From Octopus sinensis (lineage: Eukaryota), in NCBI RefSeq assembly GCF_006345805.1, contig NC_043021.1, positions 22,444,001 to 22,508,000 on the forward strand: 64,000 nucleotides of DNA, in the 5' to 3' direction. Below, piece by piece: positions 10,575 through 25,900 of this stretch. Each line of letters starts with the position of its first letter. Position 1 is the first letter of the stretch. Under the pieces are notes generated by a model that saw only the letters and a program-made list of their open reading frames with translations, ran no database searches and was not told the origin of the DNA. The translations under genes were made by a program, and so were the position numbers.

Positions 10575-10735
10575 CATCTTTTAGTTTCCGTTTATCAAAT
10601 CCACTCACAAGTCTTTAAGTCTTTGATCAGCCCGAGGTTATAGTAGAAGACACCTGCCCAATGTGCCACGTAGTGGGACTGAACAAAAAAAACATGTGGT
10701 TGGTAAGCAATCTACTTACCTCATAGCCACTCCTG
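10575..10735 (-). mobile_element. SINE family B head
   Basis: ttttagtttccgtttatcaaatccactcacaag...gtgccacgtagtgggactgaac...catgtggttggtaagc...cagccactcctg. Confidence 0.8.
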
Positions 10736-10806
10736 TGACTACATATATATATATATATATATATAACTTATGTACCAACTTACACATATATTTATATACA
10801 TGTATA

Positions 10807-11210
10807 GGTGTAGGAGTGGCTGTGTGGTAAGTAGCTTGTTTACCAACCCCATGGTTCCGGGTTCAGTTCAACTGCGTGGCACCTCGGGCAGGTGTCTTCT
10901 CCTATAGCCTCCGGCCGACCAATGCCTTGTGAGTAGATTTGGTAGACGGAAACTGAAAGAAGCCTGTCGTATATATGTATATATATATATAAGTGTGTGT
11001 GTATATGTTTGTGTGTCTGTGATTGTCCCCCTAGCATTGATTGATAACCGATGCTGGTGTGTTTACGTCCCCGTCACTTAGTGGTTCAGCAAAAGAGACC
11101 GATAGAATAAGTACTAGGCTTACAAAGAATAAGTTCTGGGGTCGATTTGCTCGACTAAAGGCGGTGCTCCAGCATAGCCGCAGTCAAATGGCTGAAACAA
11201 GTAAAAGAAC
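10807..11210 (+). mobile_element. Full-length tRNA-derived SINE family B
   Basis: A-box-like tggctgtgtggtaag, B-box-like ggttcagttc, CORE-like ggcacctcgggcaggtgtctt, internal TA/TG microsatellite, tail ending gaaacaagtaaaag. Near-identical to 49986-50392. Confidence 0.9.
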
Positions 11211-12169
11211 AAAGAACAGACAACATAAACACACATATATTTTCCTCTCTATGACAATGTAAATATTTGGATGTCCAATTGGATTATTATTTGAACAGAA
11301 GAATTCATTGTTAATTATGATAGAGTACAGAACATTTTCTAAAAATCAATACCGAAGTTTGCATTATTATATTTACATTGTAGTAGAGAGATTGGTTGCT
11401 CATTAACTGGGCCGCTAGTTGAATAGTTGTCTTTTATTAATTATTACATTGTTCATTAGCTTTTCTTTCAATAAAATCAATAGTTAAGATAGTGTTAATA
11501 CACTTAATGCAACTAACACCAGAGAGCTAATGAAAAATAATTAAGCAGGAGTCTACTCAAGACAGATTGTGGTCTCTATCTCTTTCTTCTTTAGTTTTGT
11601 GCAGATTTATCTCTAACTGACGATAAAGTGATGAAAAAATATCTATTTTAGTAAATATGCCACATTACAAAGGGAAACTCGTGAAAATTTACTTTCTTAC
11701 AAATATACCCCGATCGAATATAATCTGTTCGGATGTCTTCCCCAGAATTACATCGTAAATCTTCGATTAGTTGGCGCAGGCATGGTTTATGGTCGTAGAT
11801 TACAATATGGGGTAAAGATACTTTCATGTGTTCGGTCCCACTCCTTTCTATTTTCGGTAATTAAAATCTACTATACCCTCGGTGCGCGAGAAGGAAACAG
11901 CAAAACTCTACCATATATGCATGTATGACATTATTCAGCTTATTTAAAGATTGCTTGCTAATAGAGAAAGAATTGGATTCTAACCTAGATCCTAGGCTGC
12001 TTCATTGGAATTTCAACATCAACAACAGGGTATTTTTGTATGTATGTATGTGCAGATGTCTATGTATGTATGTGCAGATTTGTATGTTTTATGCATATAG
12101 ATGCATAGCTAGATATGCTCATTTTTTATTTCAGTGATAAACAGGTTTTTACAAGTTACTCTCAGTTTA

Positions 12170-12300
12170 TCTTTTATCCTTTACTTGTTTCAGTTATTTG
12201 CGGCCATGCTGGGGTACCGCCTTGGAAAATGTTTTTCAGGCGAATGAATCGATCCCAGGCATAATATCCTTTTAAAGCTTCGTACTTTATCTATAGGTCT
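12170..12300 (-). mobile_element. SINE family B tail fragment
   Basis: ttttatcctttacttgtttcagt...gcggccatgctggggtaccgcc...atcgatcccagg. Confidence 0.65.
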
Positions 12301-13588
12301 AAAAGAAACAAACTACAATAAATACATATTTCCCATTAGAATTTCTATAAAACCGAATCATTACTAGACCTGTTGGATGGCCGCTTTTAACACCCGAAAC
12401 ATCTGACCACAATGCATTTTTTTTAACTAATATCACCCCAGGTATTTATGTTAGAATTCGTCATTACTAAATCTATTATTCGCTTTGCTAAAGCAGGATT
12501 TTTACCGATTTAACATCATTTGACTACGACATAGATTACGCGAATAAACATTTACCTATTATGTATACTTGCAGCGATCGACCTTGAATAAATTTTCGCG
12601 ATCATTATTTTAATTGATAAATCCAATGAATATTCATTCATAAAAATGCTCGATACATTTCACTCGTATCCTAAAGCAGTGACAGTTTGTTTAAATCTAT
12701 AGTTGATAACATCTGATAAGACTGAAAGGCGTCTTAAGTGGCATCACGGATGAAGACAAGCGTCATCTCAGCATTCTATAGTTATTGAATTAAATTAACA
12801 TTTGATGAATAAATTGCGATAAATAAATTCCTGTACTTTTTGAAAAGACTGCAGCGAATCATTTAGATAAATTATAGTAATTACGATTAATTGGAACTGA
12901 TATTCCCAAGGCAATTTAGTATTGGTGCAATATTACGTATTTGCGCATGGATATGTCAGCATTTTGTGTTACGGAAGTACTCATCTCGTTCATAAAGAAT
13001 TCATTGAATTTAATAATTAACCGAAGTTATATAATATTGTATCAAAAAAGTTTAGTAACTAGATAAATTCACCTTGAAGGAGAATTACAACGTACTGATT
13101 AATTTACAATAGATAGAAGTTGGACCCCTCCAATTATGCTTAAGAATCCTCCTAACGGCCACTAAGAACCAATTTCCTGGCAATTAATCGAATCAGATAC
13201 AAATATTTCTTTGTGTCTAAGGCAAAGAAAAATGTCTTTTAAATGTTTCTAATCGATTCTTCCTTATATACGCCAAACGGCGTACAATGTCTTACAATAT
13301 CTTCTTGATAATTCCAACTGTGTTTTGGCCGTTGAAATTAACCGAATTTACGATGTTGATAATCCTAGACAAATATAACCAACCAGTATACCCGCGCGCG
13401 AGCGATGCAACGATTTGAAGAGAAAACAGATAAATTTACGAATGGTAAATATCAAGTTCAAAAGGCCTTTGGAAAGAAAATACGTTAGCTAATTATTTTT
13501 TAATCTTCTTTTAACTCAGTGGTTAATCACAATTATTCATATCCTTAAAGTCTCCTAGCTCAACAATTGAAAACAGACACACACACAT

Positions 13589-13666
<78 letters not shown>

Positions 13667-13667
<1 letters not shown>

Positions 13668-13706
13668 CTAGCAATGCACATTGGCGTTGCCCAGGTTTTA
13701 TGACCT
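13667..13706 (+). mobile_element. 5' terminus related to the Lep1/HINE-like element, different interior
   Basis: (TA)n followed by actagcaatgcacattggcgttgcccaggtttt, compared with actagcagtatcgcccggcgttgctcaggtttg at 25900 and 38847. Confidence 0.4.
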
Positions 13707-14919
13707 ACACCCACATTGTATTATTTGTCCCTTTCTTGTGGATAGAGTCGGCCCACGAGGAGTATGGGGGACAAACATAAACGTTTTGCGGCAATTTACT
13801 GATGAACAGCTCTGCAGCTTCCACCTACAAAAATTCAGCCACGAGTCTGTAGTTGACATAGGGTTGTTATGGAGAACACTTGCCCAAGGCAGTGCAGAGC
13901 GACTGAATGTGGTTGGAAAGCAAACAACTCTACCACACAGTCGTTCTTGTACATAACATGTGTGTCTGTGTGTGTGTGTCTCTTTACTTTTGTTTTTAAA
14001 TCACGTATTGTGTCCCACTATGTCACAATGTTTAGCAGTTCATCAAGCAGAGATATGTAAAATAAATGCCAGATTGAAATACGCACTGCGGTCAGAATGG
14101 TGAATTAAATTTTTGAAGGTGATAGCCCGACATAGCGACAGTCGGAGGAGTAAACCCAGTCAAATAATATTTAAAGACCTACTGGCTCCAAATTTAAGGT
14201 AATGGATTGCTAAGAACAAGATATTGGGTTCAAAACGTCGTATTGAACATCCACTCTATACAATAACACTATATATACGTCTCAGTCCACTTGACTTCCA
14301 ACAATTAACAGCCGTATTTTGAAGCTGAATGGTTAGCTGTAAGAAGGATGTCCAGATGTATTTAAAAAATGTTGTACAAAATATTCTGAGGAAAAATATT
14401 TTTCTCACCACAAAACACACACACACAAACACATACACATATACACACACAGAAACACAGGCACACATTTACAGCTTTGAAAGTAATTCGCACACTTGGC
14501 TTAGGAGTAATAGCCACATTGTGAAAAATTGTTGGGAAGCGCATTTCTTTTTTAACACGGAAACCAAAATGCATATACGCAGAAGTAATAACATACATTT
14601 TCTGTGCTCACTTCCTTAATGGAAATTACTAAAATTCTTATCAGAATGAAAGCTATAATTTTTGAAACATTTAATATTAAAGAACGTAACCTTCTAGAAA
14701 TAAATTGAAAAGTAAATAATTTTGCGAACGTTTTTTCGTTCTTAAAATTTACATAAATTACTGACTGAACGTAACTACGAATGGAGGATTCTGAAAAGGA
14801 ATGACATTGTATTTTTTACAAAATCATTTTCAAATAAGGCCATTAACATTTGACGTACATTTAGAATCCAGTCTACTTTGGACTGACTCACTCAACTAAA
14901 TATATCTGTATGTATGTTT

Positions 14920-15040
14920 GTAAGTATGTGTTTGTGTGTCTGTGTTTGTCCCCCTAACATTACTTGACGACCGATGCTGATTTGCTCGACTAAAGGCGTT
15001 GTTCAAATGATAGAAACAAACAAAAGAATAAAAGAATAGA
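14920..15040 (+). mobile_element. SINE family B tail fragment (internally deleted)
   Basis: tgtgtttgtccccctaacattacttgacgaccgatgctg | atttgctcgactaaaggcg. Confidence 0.65.
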
Positions 15041-16166
15041 ATCTGTTTTAATTGGGATTGGCAGTTATTTGTAGGGTAAAGACTCGAATTTCGTATTTCG
15101 TAACTCAAAATATTTCATGAATATTTTCAATTGGATTTTTGATTATTACGCCAGTCGTGTTAAGTGAACATTCTTTGGAGCGCCATTAAAATATTTTGTA
15201 TTATTGTCACAGTTTTAAACGTTTTTAACTCAAACCCCAATGACGACAGCGTTGTCTCTCATAAACACAGCTTACGTAAGATTAAGTACCCGACTAGTAA
15301 TTGGGTGGACAATATCAACTAAAATCCTCTCAAAACACATGATATTTTGCCTAATTCAGAAACCAGTATATTCGCAGCACTTAAACAAAAGTATGTTACT
15401 AGTTATGTACTTAAGAACTCTGTGAATACCATAGTTAATTATAAAAGAACATTTTAAGGAAAAAAATATATATAATCTTTCAAATTATGTTTAAAATTAA
15501 TCTCTCTGCATTTTACAAGCAACTCGAATTATGTGAGTTCACTGAGTTAAACAAAAAAACATTTTATTGAGGTGTATTAGGTATTTGGAATTATTTGATA
15601 TAGAGTTAGACAATAGAAATATAGAAAATTATGAAATAAGGTGATTAAATCTGAATACTTATTGAAATAGTAAATATGTTAAAGGTAATAGTTCTGAGTA
15701 GTTTAGTGTTTTTTAGCCATGTTCTTTCTTTTTTTAATAAATCAGTTATGTCGGGGTTTTTTTAAATGTGTTTTGAATTTTCTATTATTTTCTCTGGAAG
15801 TTTTAACGTGCAAATTCAATTTCTATTTGGAATATTTCCATTAATCATTGAATATTCATTGGAAGATTCAGGACTTGAATTTTGGTTGAATTTTCTTCTG
15901 TCTTTCATTATAAGCAATCGAACTACATACATAGTGAAATATAAAAAAGACATATAATAGAAATCTACTTGTTAGATGAATTAAAGAAGTGCAAATTTAC
16001 GTGTACTCCAAAAAACAGTACGGAATCAAATATACTGGTAATATTCTAGCATTTTAGAAAGAGGAAGGTTTTGCAAAATATCAGTGTGAATATAAATGCT
16101 AAAGCCAGGATAGAGCAAAACGCAAACAGACACATATATACATACATGCTTCAAAGCATATACGCA

Positions 16167-16199
<33 letters not shown>

Positions 16200-16202
<3 letters not shown>

Positions 16203-16365
16203 TGCAGGAGTGACTGTGAGGTAAGCAGCTTCATTAAAAACCATATTGTTCAAGGGTTCAGTCCCTATGCGTGGAAATTGGGCAAGAGTCTCCTACTAAA
16301 GCGTCGGTCCGATCAAAACCTTGTGAGTGCATTTGCTAGATGTAAACTGAAAGAAGCCGGTTGTA
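16200..16365 (+). mobile_element. SINE family B head, degenerate
   Basis: ggtgcaggagtgactgtgaggtaagcagc...gggttcagtcc...ttgggcaagagtct...ccttgtgagtgcatttgctagatgtaaactgaaagaagcc. Confidence 0.75.
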
Positions 16366-16366
16366 T

Positions 16367-16433
<67 letters not shown>

Positions 16434-16452
16434 TATAATATATATATATATA

Positions 16453-16494
<42 letters not shown>

Positions 16495-17241
16495 ATTATA
16501 TATATATATATATATATAATACATACATGTACGTATCTACAATAACTTTGTGCACATGTCAATTACTACTACATTTGTATATATATATATATGATTGTGT
16601 GTGTGTGCGTGCGCTTATGTTTATGAATGCATGAATACATTAATTCATATATATGAGTTTCTATGTGGACCAGTTTGCGTTTGATCCTAAATTCAAAACT
16701 TTAGAAGACTCCTGAATCGGTAATTATTCAAAGAACCTTTATTGAACTCATGGCTAAGAAAACAGTGGCCTTCAGTAAGCAACCATAAATATACCCCACT
16801 GTAATATTTCCAAAATACTCCAAGAAACACAAAGAATATTCGAATAAGCATATACTCAACATCTGCAATATAAGAATGAAATATAAAAGCAACAACATAT
16901 ATATAACACAAACAAAAATTCATTGAAGGCACAAGAAATTTTTAGAAGTCAGAATTTCGCATTTTTTTTTATTTTAACCGAAAATAGCAATAGCTTTACA
17001 ATAGTAATAAATAGCAAAATCATCATCAATATTATTATAATAGATAATAATATTAATAAATTATTAATATTAAAATTATAATTATCATTTTAGTTTCTGT
17101 TACCGTTATTATGATAATAGTAGTTGCATGTTGCTCAATGGTTTCTGTGATGCTCTACCATGTCATTCAGTAACAACGTGAAATAGGACAAAAAAATCAT
17201 GCTTTGGCTTACAGCATACGACTGTCTTTTTGTACATGACC

Positions 17242-17283
<42 letters not shown>

Positions 17284-17626
17284 ATATATATATGTATATA
17301 TGTAAGTATATATATATATATAATATATATATACGTATATATATATACATATATATAGTTATGTATGTACATATTCTTATATATTTATGCATATACATTT
17401 ATATATGCAAGTAGATATAAACTAAACATACGTACATGTAAATATACATATATATATACATATGTATATATAGATATATATATGCATAGGTATATATACA
17501 CATATATAGATGTATATATATTAATTATATTTGTCCATGGATATATGTATACATGTATATATATTGGTATATATATATATATACATATATATACATATAT
17601 ATATATATATATACATATATATATAC

Positions 17627-17661
<35 letters not shown>

Positions 17662-18117
17662 CATACATAATATATATATATATATGTGTCTGTGTGTGTA
17701 TATATGTATGTATGTATGTATGCATGCACATATCTACAAGGAAAGATGTGTCCGTGGCGAGAACGTTTCGGATCGAGATACTGATGACCACACTCTATAG
17801 GGTCTGTCAAAATTATCCTTGCATATACCATACTAGAAACCTATTTAAAACAATCGAGGGATACTTCTGTTTAAAGTTTCATGTTTTCCTCTATATATGC
17901 ATATATAATTAAGCAGAATTTACCAATATATATATGCAAGTATGCACATATATACTTTATATATATATATGATTATGTATGTAATAATACATTTGTATAT
18001 GTATGGACATATATATGTATATGTATGGATATATTTATAAATATATATACACATACATACATATACATCATATATATATAATATAATATAATATGTATAT
18101 ATATATAATATTTTATA

Positions 18118-18149
<32 letters not shown>

Positions 18150-18167
18150 GTATATATATATATGATA

Positions 18168-18209
<42 letters not shown>

Positions 18210-18401
18210 ATATATATATATATATATAATATATTTATAATATATATATATATATATATATGATATTTATAATATATTATAATATATATATAATATATTA
18301 TAATATATATATATATATATATATAATATATTTATAATATATATATAATATATTATATATATATATTTATAATATATTATATATATATATATATAATATA
18401 T

Positions 18402-18470
<69 letters not shown>

Positions 18471-18504
18471 TTATAATATATATAATATATATAATATATT
18501 TATA

Positions 18505-18545
<41 letters not shown>

Positions 18546-18548
18546 ATA

Positions 18549-18592
<44 letters not shown>

Positions 18593-18639
18593 TGTATATA
18601 TATACATATATATTATATATATATATATATAATATATAT

Positions 18640-18692
<53 letters not shown>

Positions 18693-18695
18693 ATA
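17242..18695. repeat. Compound (TA)n-derived low-complexity region
   Basis: Near-continuous TA/TAC/ATG microsatellite; 18070-18695 is almost only A and T. Confidence 0.9.
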
Positions 18696-20059
18696 TGGTG
18701 TTTTGCGTTCGTCTACTAAAGATATTGGGTATGCAATTATGCCTTTGTGTTTGCATGCGATACTTACGCCTTTATGGGCTGCTCACGCATATACGAAATA
18801 TTTTCTTCTTCTGAAGGATGGATGTTTACGTATTTAATTTGCACTATATATATACATGTATATCTATGTGTGAATTCGTGTGTATGTTTGTATATATATA
18901 TATATATATGTCTGTATCTGTGCATGTACCATATGTTATATATACATATACGTACCTATATACATTTACATGCATATATAAATACATGGATACATATACA
19001 TACACACACGTATATATATATCATAAAATCATTAGTTATATATATTGTTGCAATAAATAAAAGAAAAAACTTTGTTTTCTATAAACTTTTACACACGTAT
19101 CCTTTTATATATTAATTATACAAATATTCGCACATATAAACTAAATATTAAAGTCGCATATTTTCTCGACGAATGATTGTTGAATATTATACATGTAAAT
19201 TGCAGGTAAATGAGCGGTACTAGTATTTCACCAATACCTTATTTAAAACCAATTACTGTATTATCTCATAAACACTTCCATGTTCAGCAGGATTGCTAAT
19301 AAAATCGCAAAGCCAACGATTCTTATACACGCTCACATACATAAATAATTTGATTCATTCATATATAGATTTACACACACACACACACACACACATATGT
19401 ATATATACATATATTTATGCATATGTGTACATATATTTTAAAACATGTATAGACATTTATATCCCTATGTACTTGCGATGATATGTGAGAATATATGTAT
19501 ATATTTAATAAAATGGGAAAGCAGATCTTCCATAGCCTCCAGACTTTGATATATTTTCATCTTTTGTATGTGTGGTGTTTTTTTTAAAATTATATTTGTT
19601 TCATCCCAACTATATTCACATGACATATATTTATATATATATATATATATATATAATTGCCTCGATTCAGGATCATTAGAAACATTCGCTAATGAATAAT
19701 ATAATACATGTTTTTCAATTTTCATCCTCTTTAGTCCGTGCTCTTCAACAGATAAATAGCTTGTTGTCATGGGTATATTTCTGGTAATTAAAATCTATGC
19801 GGAAATTTCCTTGACCGGATGTTCGGCTCACGGACAGCTGACCATGCCCGTGAATATAGAAATATGTGTATATATTACTTCTAAGTAGAATTTTATGCTA
19901 ATAATATAAAACAAAGCAATATTTCGTTGACTCTAAGAAAAAAATTTGACGTTCGTTGGAAACTCAATACATACACCCATTGACACAGATATGCGCATCT
20001 GCGCACAAACACACACACACGTGTGTATGCATGACTTTGAAATACCTAATTACGTTATC

Positions 20060-20107
<48 letters not shown>

Positions 20108-20224
20108 TGTGTGTGTGTGTTATATGAGTGTGCGTGTGTGTGTATATAAACATAATATATATATATATACATATATATATACTTACATACATATATACAC
20201 TCACACACACACACACACTTATAT

Positions 20225-20279
<55 letters not shown>

Positions 20280-22034
20280 ATATATATATGCATACATATA
20301 TAATTATATACACACTTACGTTAACACACATTGTTTCGCACATATACAGACATTTGTCTCACACACACAGCTTATGTATGAATCCAAAGGAAATGTTGAT
20401 CAACATAGAACATTTTGTAGCTGATTATTTGTTTGTGAAATAATAAATTGCGATGCTGCTATCATAAATAATCAAAAAAGAGCATTAAAAAATAGCTGAG
20501 ATAAAATGAAAACAAACACAAAACAAAATAAAGAAGGAAAGGGTTTATGTTTACAGTCAAGAACTCATTTCAAAGATACGCAAAAACATTTCTCCATAAG
20601 AAGCTGTACTATGTCAGTAGAGTATTGATGCAAAATTTAATAAAGGATAAAGCAACAGCGATTCATCGAATCACATTGATTATGTGTTGTATGTAATTTA
20701 TGAATATTATAGTGACACATTTAGGACTTGTTCTGTTAATCACACTTCGTATACAAGTATTACTATCACTATACGCTTCATAATGACAGTTCTCTCTCTA
20801 ACTCTTTCAATTTCTATCTCTGTCTCACTCTCTCTCTCTATCTCCCTCTAAACACAAACACACATACACACACACATATATATATACATACATATATATA
20901 TCTTTATATATACATATATTTACATACACATAAATAAATAGATATGCGGATGTATATGCATGTACACATACACACACATGTATATATAGATAATTATAAA
21001 TGTTTGTGTGTCAATGTATATGCAAGGAAAATTCTGAATACAGGTAACGTTATAAATGTATCGTACATTTGTAGATATATACATACACACATACGTGTGT
21101 GTTATTATATATACACATGTATGTATACTATATATAAAGCTATATTATTCTTATATTTTTGGGGAGATGCTGTCTGCGTGAGTGTATATATATTATGATA
21201 TACATGACTGTGTTATATGTTTCTGATGCAATTTTACATACGTCAGTATCTATATAAACAAAAGCTGATCAAAATGAATTTCAAACACATGAAACCGAAA
21301 CGAAATTTTGTAAGGCATTTTTTTATTTCTTCCACTGCATTTTTTAGTGTTACGCAACAATTAAAACTCCTTTCAAATATACTATATTCTCGTTGACAAA
21401 TAAGACTTTACAAAAACATTAGCTTCTTTGTAGCTTATCTATCATTCGTTACAATTAGGTATTAAAGTATTTTCGTTAACTTTGAGATCGCAACAGTGAT
21501 TCTCAGATAAGAAAGTGTTCTGTCAAAATTTTATTCTTAAAGTACAAGATTTAGAGGGAAACTTCTGTAGTTATTTTCTGAGAGAGAAGATAATATTAAT
21601 ACTTATACGGTTTTAAGTATTTATACATTTGATTGAAACACACTCATGTATATATACACATACACAAATATATATATACACATATTCATGCATTTATAAT
21701 TGTATATACACTTAAGCACACACTGAAATATATATATATATATATATATTTATTTATGTATATATGCAATGATATTATAATATATATATATATATATATA
21801 TGAAACGGAAAAGTCTTGGATATTTTAAATTGATACGTTGAAGAGTGCGTTACCTTCAACTTAAAAGTATGGAGTTGATTGTTATTATATAATGTGGCTG
21901 TCAGTCTATATTGGCATATAAAGAATGAAAAACAATATATATTATATATATATATAATATATATATATTATATATATATTATATATATATCGATGTATAC
22001 AGACACAGACAATATTTCTATAGATACATGCACA

Positions 22035-22093
<59 letters not shown>

Positions 22094-22250
22094 GTACGTA
22101 TGTAGATATACTTTTGTTGTATTTTGCGTGTATGTGGGCCTTAAAATAGGATGCGTTTTCTAAGCAATAGTTTCTAGTATCGCAAGTTACATATTGTAAG
22201 CATTCGAACATTCCAGATTATGTATTTAAGTTTGTTACCGTATGTTTATA

Positions 22251-22311
<61 letters not shown>

Positions 22312-22453
22312 CCATAATTATATGGGCTTAATATTCACTTATCCATTAGATTTCCATCATTAGTTTTTAAGATGTAAATAAACTGCGTAAGTCATAATTT
22401 CACAATTCATTCTTCTTGTACACATATGCATATATATATATACATACATACAT

Positions 22454-22486
<33 letters not shown>

Positions 22487-22735
22487 AATATACATATATA
22501 TATATATACAGCTATATATATGTACGTACATATACACATATACATACACACATATATATATATATATGTCTGTATATATATATGCACATATACACTATAT
22601 ATGCATATACAGACGTACATATATATATATATGTTACGTATGTACATATATATATATGTATATATATAACTATATATTCATATACTTATATATACATGCA
22701 TATATATGTATATAGAAATATACATGCTTATATAA

Positions 22736-22772
<37 letters not shown>

Positions 22773-22844
22773 ATATATATATACACGTATCTAATGATAT
22801 AACATTATGTATATTAAAAAAGCCTTAGACGCGGAAACAAAATA

Positions 22845-23080
22845 TTAAACAAAGGCTAATTGTTGAATGTTAAGTAGTAAAGCAAGCCCGAAAACTAAGT
22901 AAGTAAATATATTCATTTTCGAGGATCCACCCCGCATTTCTAGTCCTTGTGCATTGCATCCGTCTGTGTCGCAGGTTCGAATGCAATAGTTTTTCTTCCT
23001 TGTTGCCGTGATATTTTTTACAACGCAATCTTCCTCTATGTATGTCGGCGCACAATCCCTGGCGAATCGCACTGGGGTAC
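22845..23080 (-). CDS. Terminal coding exon of a Ly6/uPAR (three-finger, quiver/sleepless-like) GPI-anchored protein
   Basis: Acceptor atttttctcttttttgcAG|GT at 23081/23080, phase 1. Translates (x)TPVRFARDCAPTYIEEDCVVKNITATRKKNYCIRTCDTDGCNAQGLEMRGGSSKMNIFTYLVFGLALLLNIQQLAFV*. Five Cys with R-x-C and C-x3-C-x4-CN spacing of the second half of a protostome LU domain, an N-I-T sequon, a small-residue omega region and a hydrophobic GPI-type tail. Confidence 0.85.
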
Positions 23081-24200
23081 CTGCAAAAAAAGAGAAAAAT
23101 AGAGATAAGTTATGTTTTATATAGTAACAGGTGCAACTATTTCTTTCTTATTTTTCTCATAACGTTTACAATATATTATTTATCACTGACATTTAACTTC
23201 ATTGTATATATCTCTGAAAATAACAAGCCTTAGTCTTTCTTGACCCTGAGGTGATTTAATCGGTCATTATTTACACGGAGGGAAATCAATATCGACATCG
23301 GAACCAGATTTGATGCTTGCCTTCACCTCACTTTAGTTGCTCTGATCCCTTCTGAGTGCATTAAATCAGACGAAACAGCATTAGCCTACACTGTGTGATC
23401 TTGAGGTCAGCGACCTCATTTTGACTCTTCTAAGATGTTTTTAAAGTCGTCATGATAGGGTCTTGGTAACTCCACTTTGGTCCACTTTCGTGACTGCCAG
23501 AGATTTGCTTGTTCACTAAAAGTAATCTCATTAGGGACCCAGGATTTGTGCATGCGCACTACATGTCTCGTCTAAGGCAACAGCAATTTATTTGCCTGTC
23601 ACGTACATTAAACATCATTTTCACTATTTGGAAGAAAGGAGAAATCACTTTTAGTAAAAAAATCAAAAAAAAAAAGATCACTGGTATTACTTGTATGTCA
23701 TGCTTCTGAAGAGTGTCGTCAAAATTTGTTTTTCTTTCTTTTCTGTTTTAGCAATTTTACTGAAATTCCATTTACTTCGAACAGAAGTGTGATGAAAGAC
23801 GTCCAAGAGATTTCATTTGCATCTCAAAACAACATCTAAATTTTAAATCTGGTTTCACACATGCTATCGCTTTTTTTCCCCCTTTCCAATAGATCTGTGA
23901 GTTATAAGTACTGGTACAGAGCTTTAAAAATTAGTTTTAACACTAATTCTAAAACAAAATACGTAAATCTTCCGTTTTTTTCTAGAAAATATCCTCGCTC
24001 TTTACACGCTGGTTTCAACTTTCAACCATAAAAAAACAACAAAACTGTCATAATTTTTTCACATTAACAGAGTAGCTAAAATCACAGTAAGAAACTGAAA
24101 GCCTGTAGATACTCACGTGACTACAAACGCTTGCAAAACATTTCAGAGAAATATAACAACAAAAATTCAAATATCTTTAAATAACAGAGGCGGGGGTGAC

Positions 24201-24202
<2 letters not shown>

Positions 24203-24245
<43 letters not shown>

Positions 24246-24269
24246 TTATAAAATATATATATATATAAT

Positions 24270-24303
<34 letters not shown>

Positions 24304-24381
24304 ATTATATAATATATATATATATATATAATATTATATATAATATATATATATATAATATATATTATATAATATATATAT

Positions 24382-24425
<44 letters not shown>

Positions 24426-24939
24426 TATATAATATATATATATATATATAATATATATTATATAATATATATATATAATATATATTATATAATATATTAT
24501 AATATATATAATATATATATATATATAATATATATTATATAATATATATATATAATATATATTATATAATATATATATATATAATATATAATATATATTA
24601 TATAATATATATAATATATATATAATATATATTATATAATATATATATATATATAATATATATTATATAATATATATAATATATAATATATATATATAAT
24701 AATATATATAATATATATTACATAATATATATATATATATAATATATATTACATAATATATATATATACTATATATTATGTAATATATATATATATATAT
24801 ATATATTATATAATATATATATTAATATATATTATATAATATATTATATAATATATATTATATAATATATATTATATATATATTAATATATATATAATAT
24901 ATATATATATTATATATATATATTATATAATATATATAT

Positions 24940-24981
<42 letters not shown>

Positions 24982-25692
24982 TTATATAATATATATATAT
25001 ATAATATATTAATAATATATATATATATATATAATATATATTAATATAATATATATATATATATATATAATATTATATATATAATATATATATATAATAT
25101 ATATATATATAATATATATTATATAATATATATTATATATATATATAATATATATTATATAATATATATATATATAATATATATTATATAATATATATAT
25201 ATATATAATATATATTATATATATATATATATATAATATATATTACATAATATATATATATATATAATATATATATATATAATATATACTATATATTATG
25301 TATATATATATATATATATATATTATATTTATATTATATAATATATATATATATATATAATAATATATATATATAATATATATTATATAATATATATATA
25401 TATAATATATTATATAATAATATATATATAATATATATTATATAATATATATATATATATATATATATTATAAAATATATATATATAATATATATTAATA
25501 ATATATATATATATATATATATATATTATTAATATATATACTATATATATGTAATATATATATATAATATATATTAATATATATATAATATAATATATAT
25601 TATAATATATATATATATAATATATATTATATATATATATAATATATATAATATATATTATATAATAATATATATAATATATATTAATATAT

Positions 25693-25723
<31 letters not shown>

Positions 25724-25900
25724 TATAATATATATATAATATATTAATAATATTATATAATATATATATATAATATATAATATATACTATATATTATAAT
25801 AATATATATATATATATATATATTATAATAATATATATAATATATTATATATATATATATATATAATATATATATATATTATATATATAATATATATATA
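24203..25900. repeat. 1.7-kb almost pure A/T satellite (TA with TTA/TAA interruptions)
   Basis: Only a handful of C or G in about 1700 nt; recurring tattatataat units. Confidence 0.95.
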
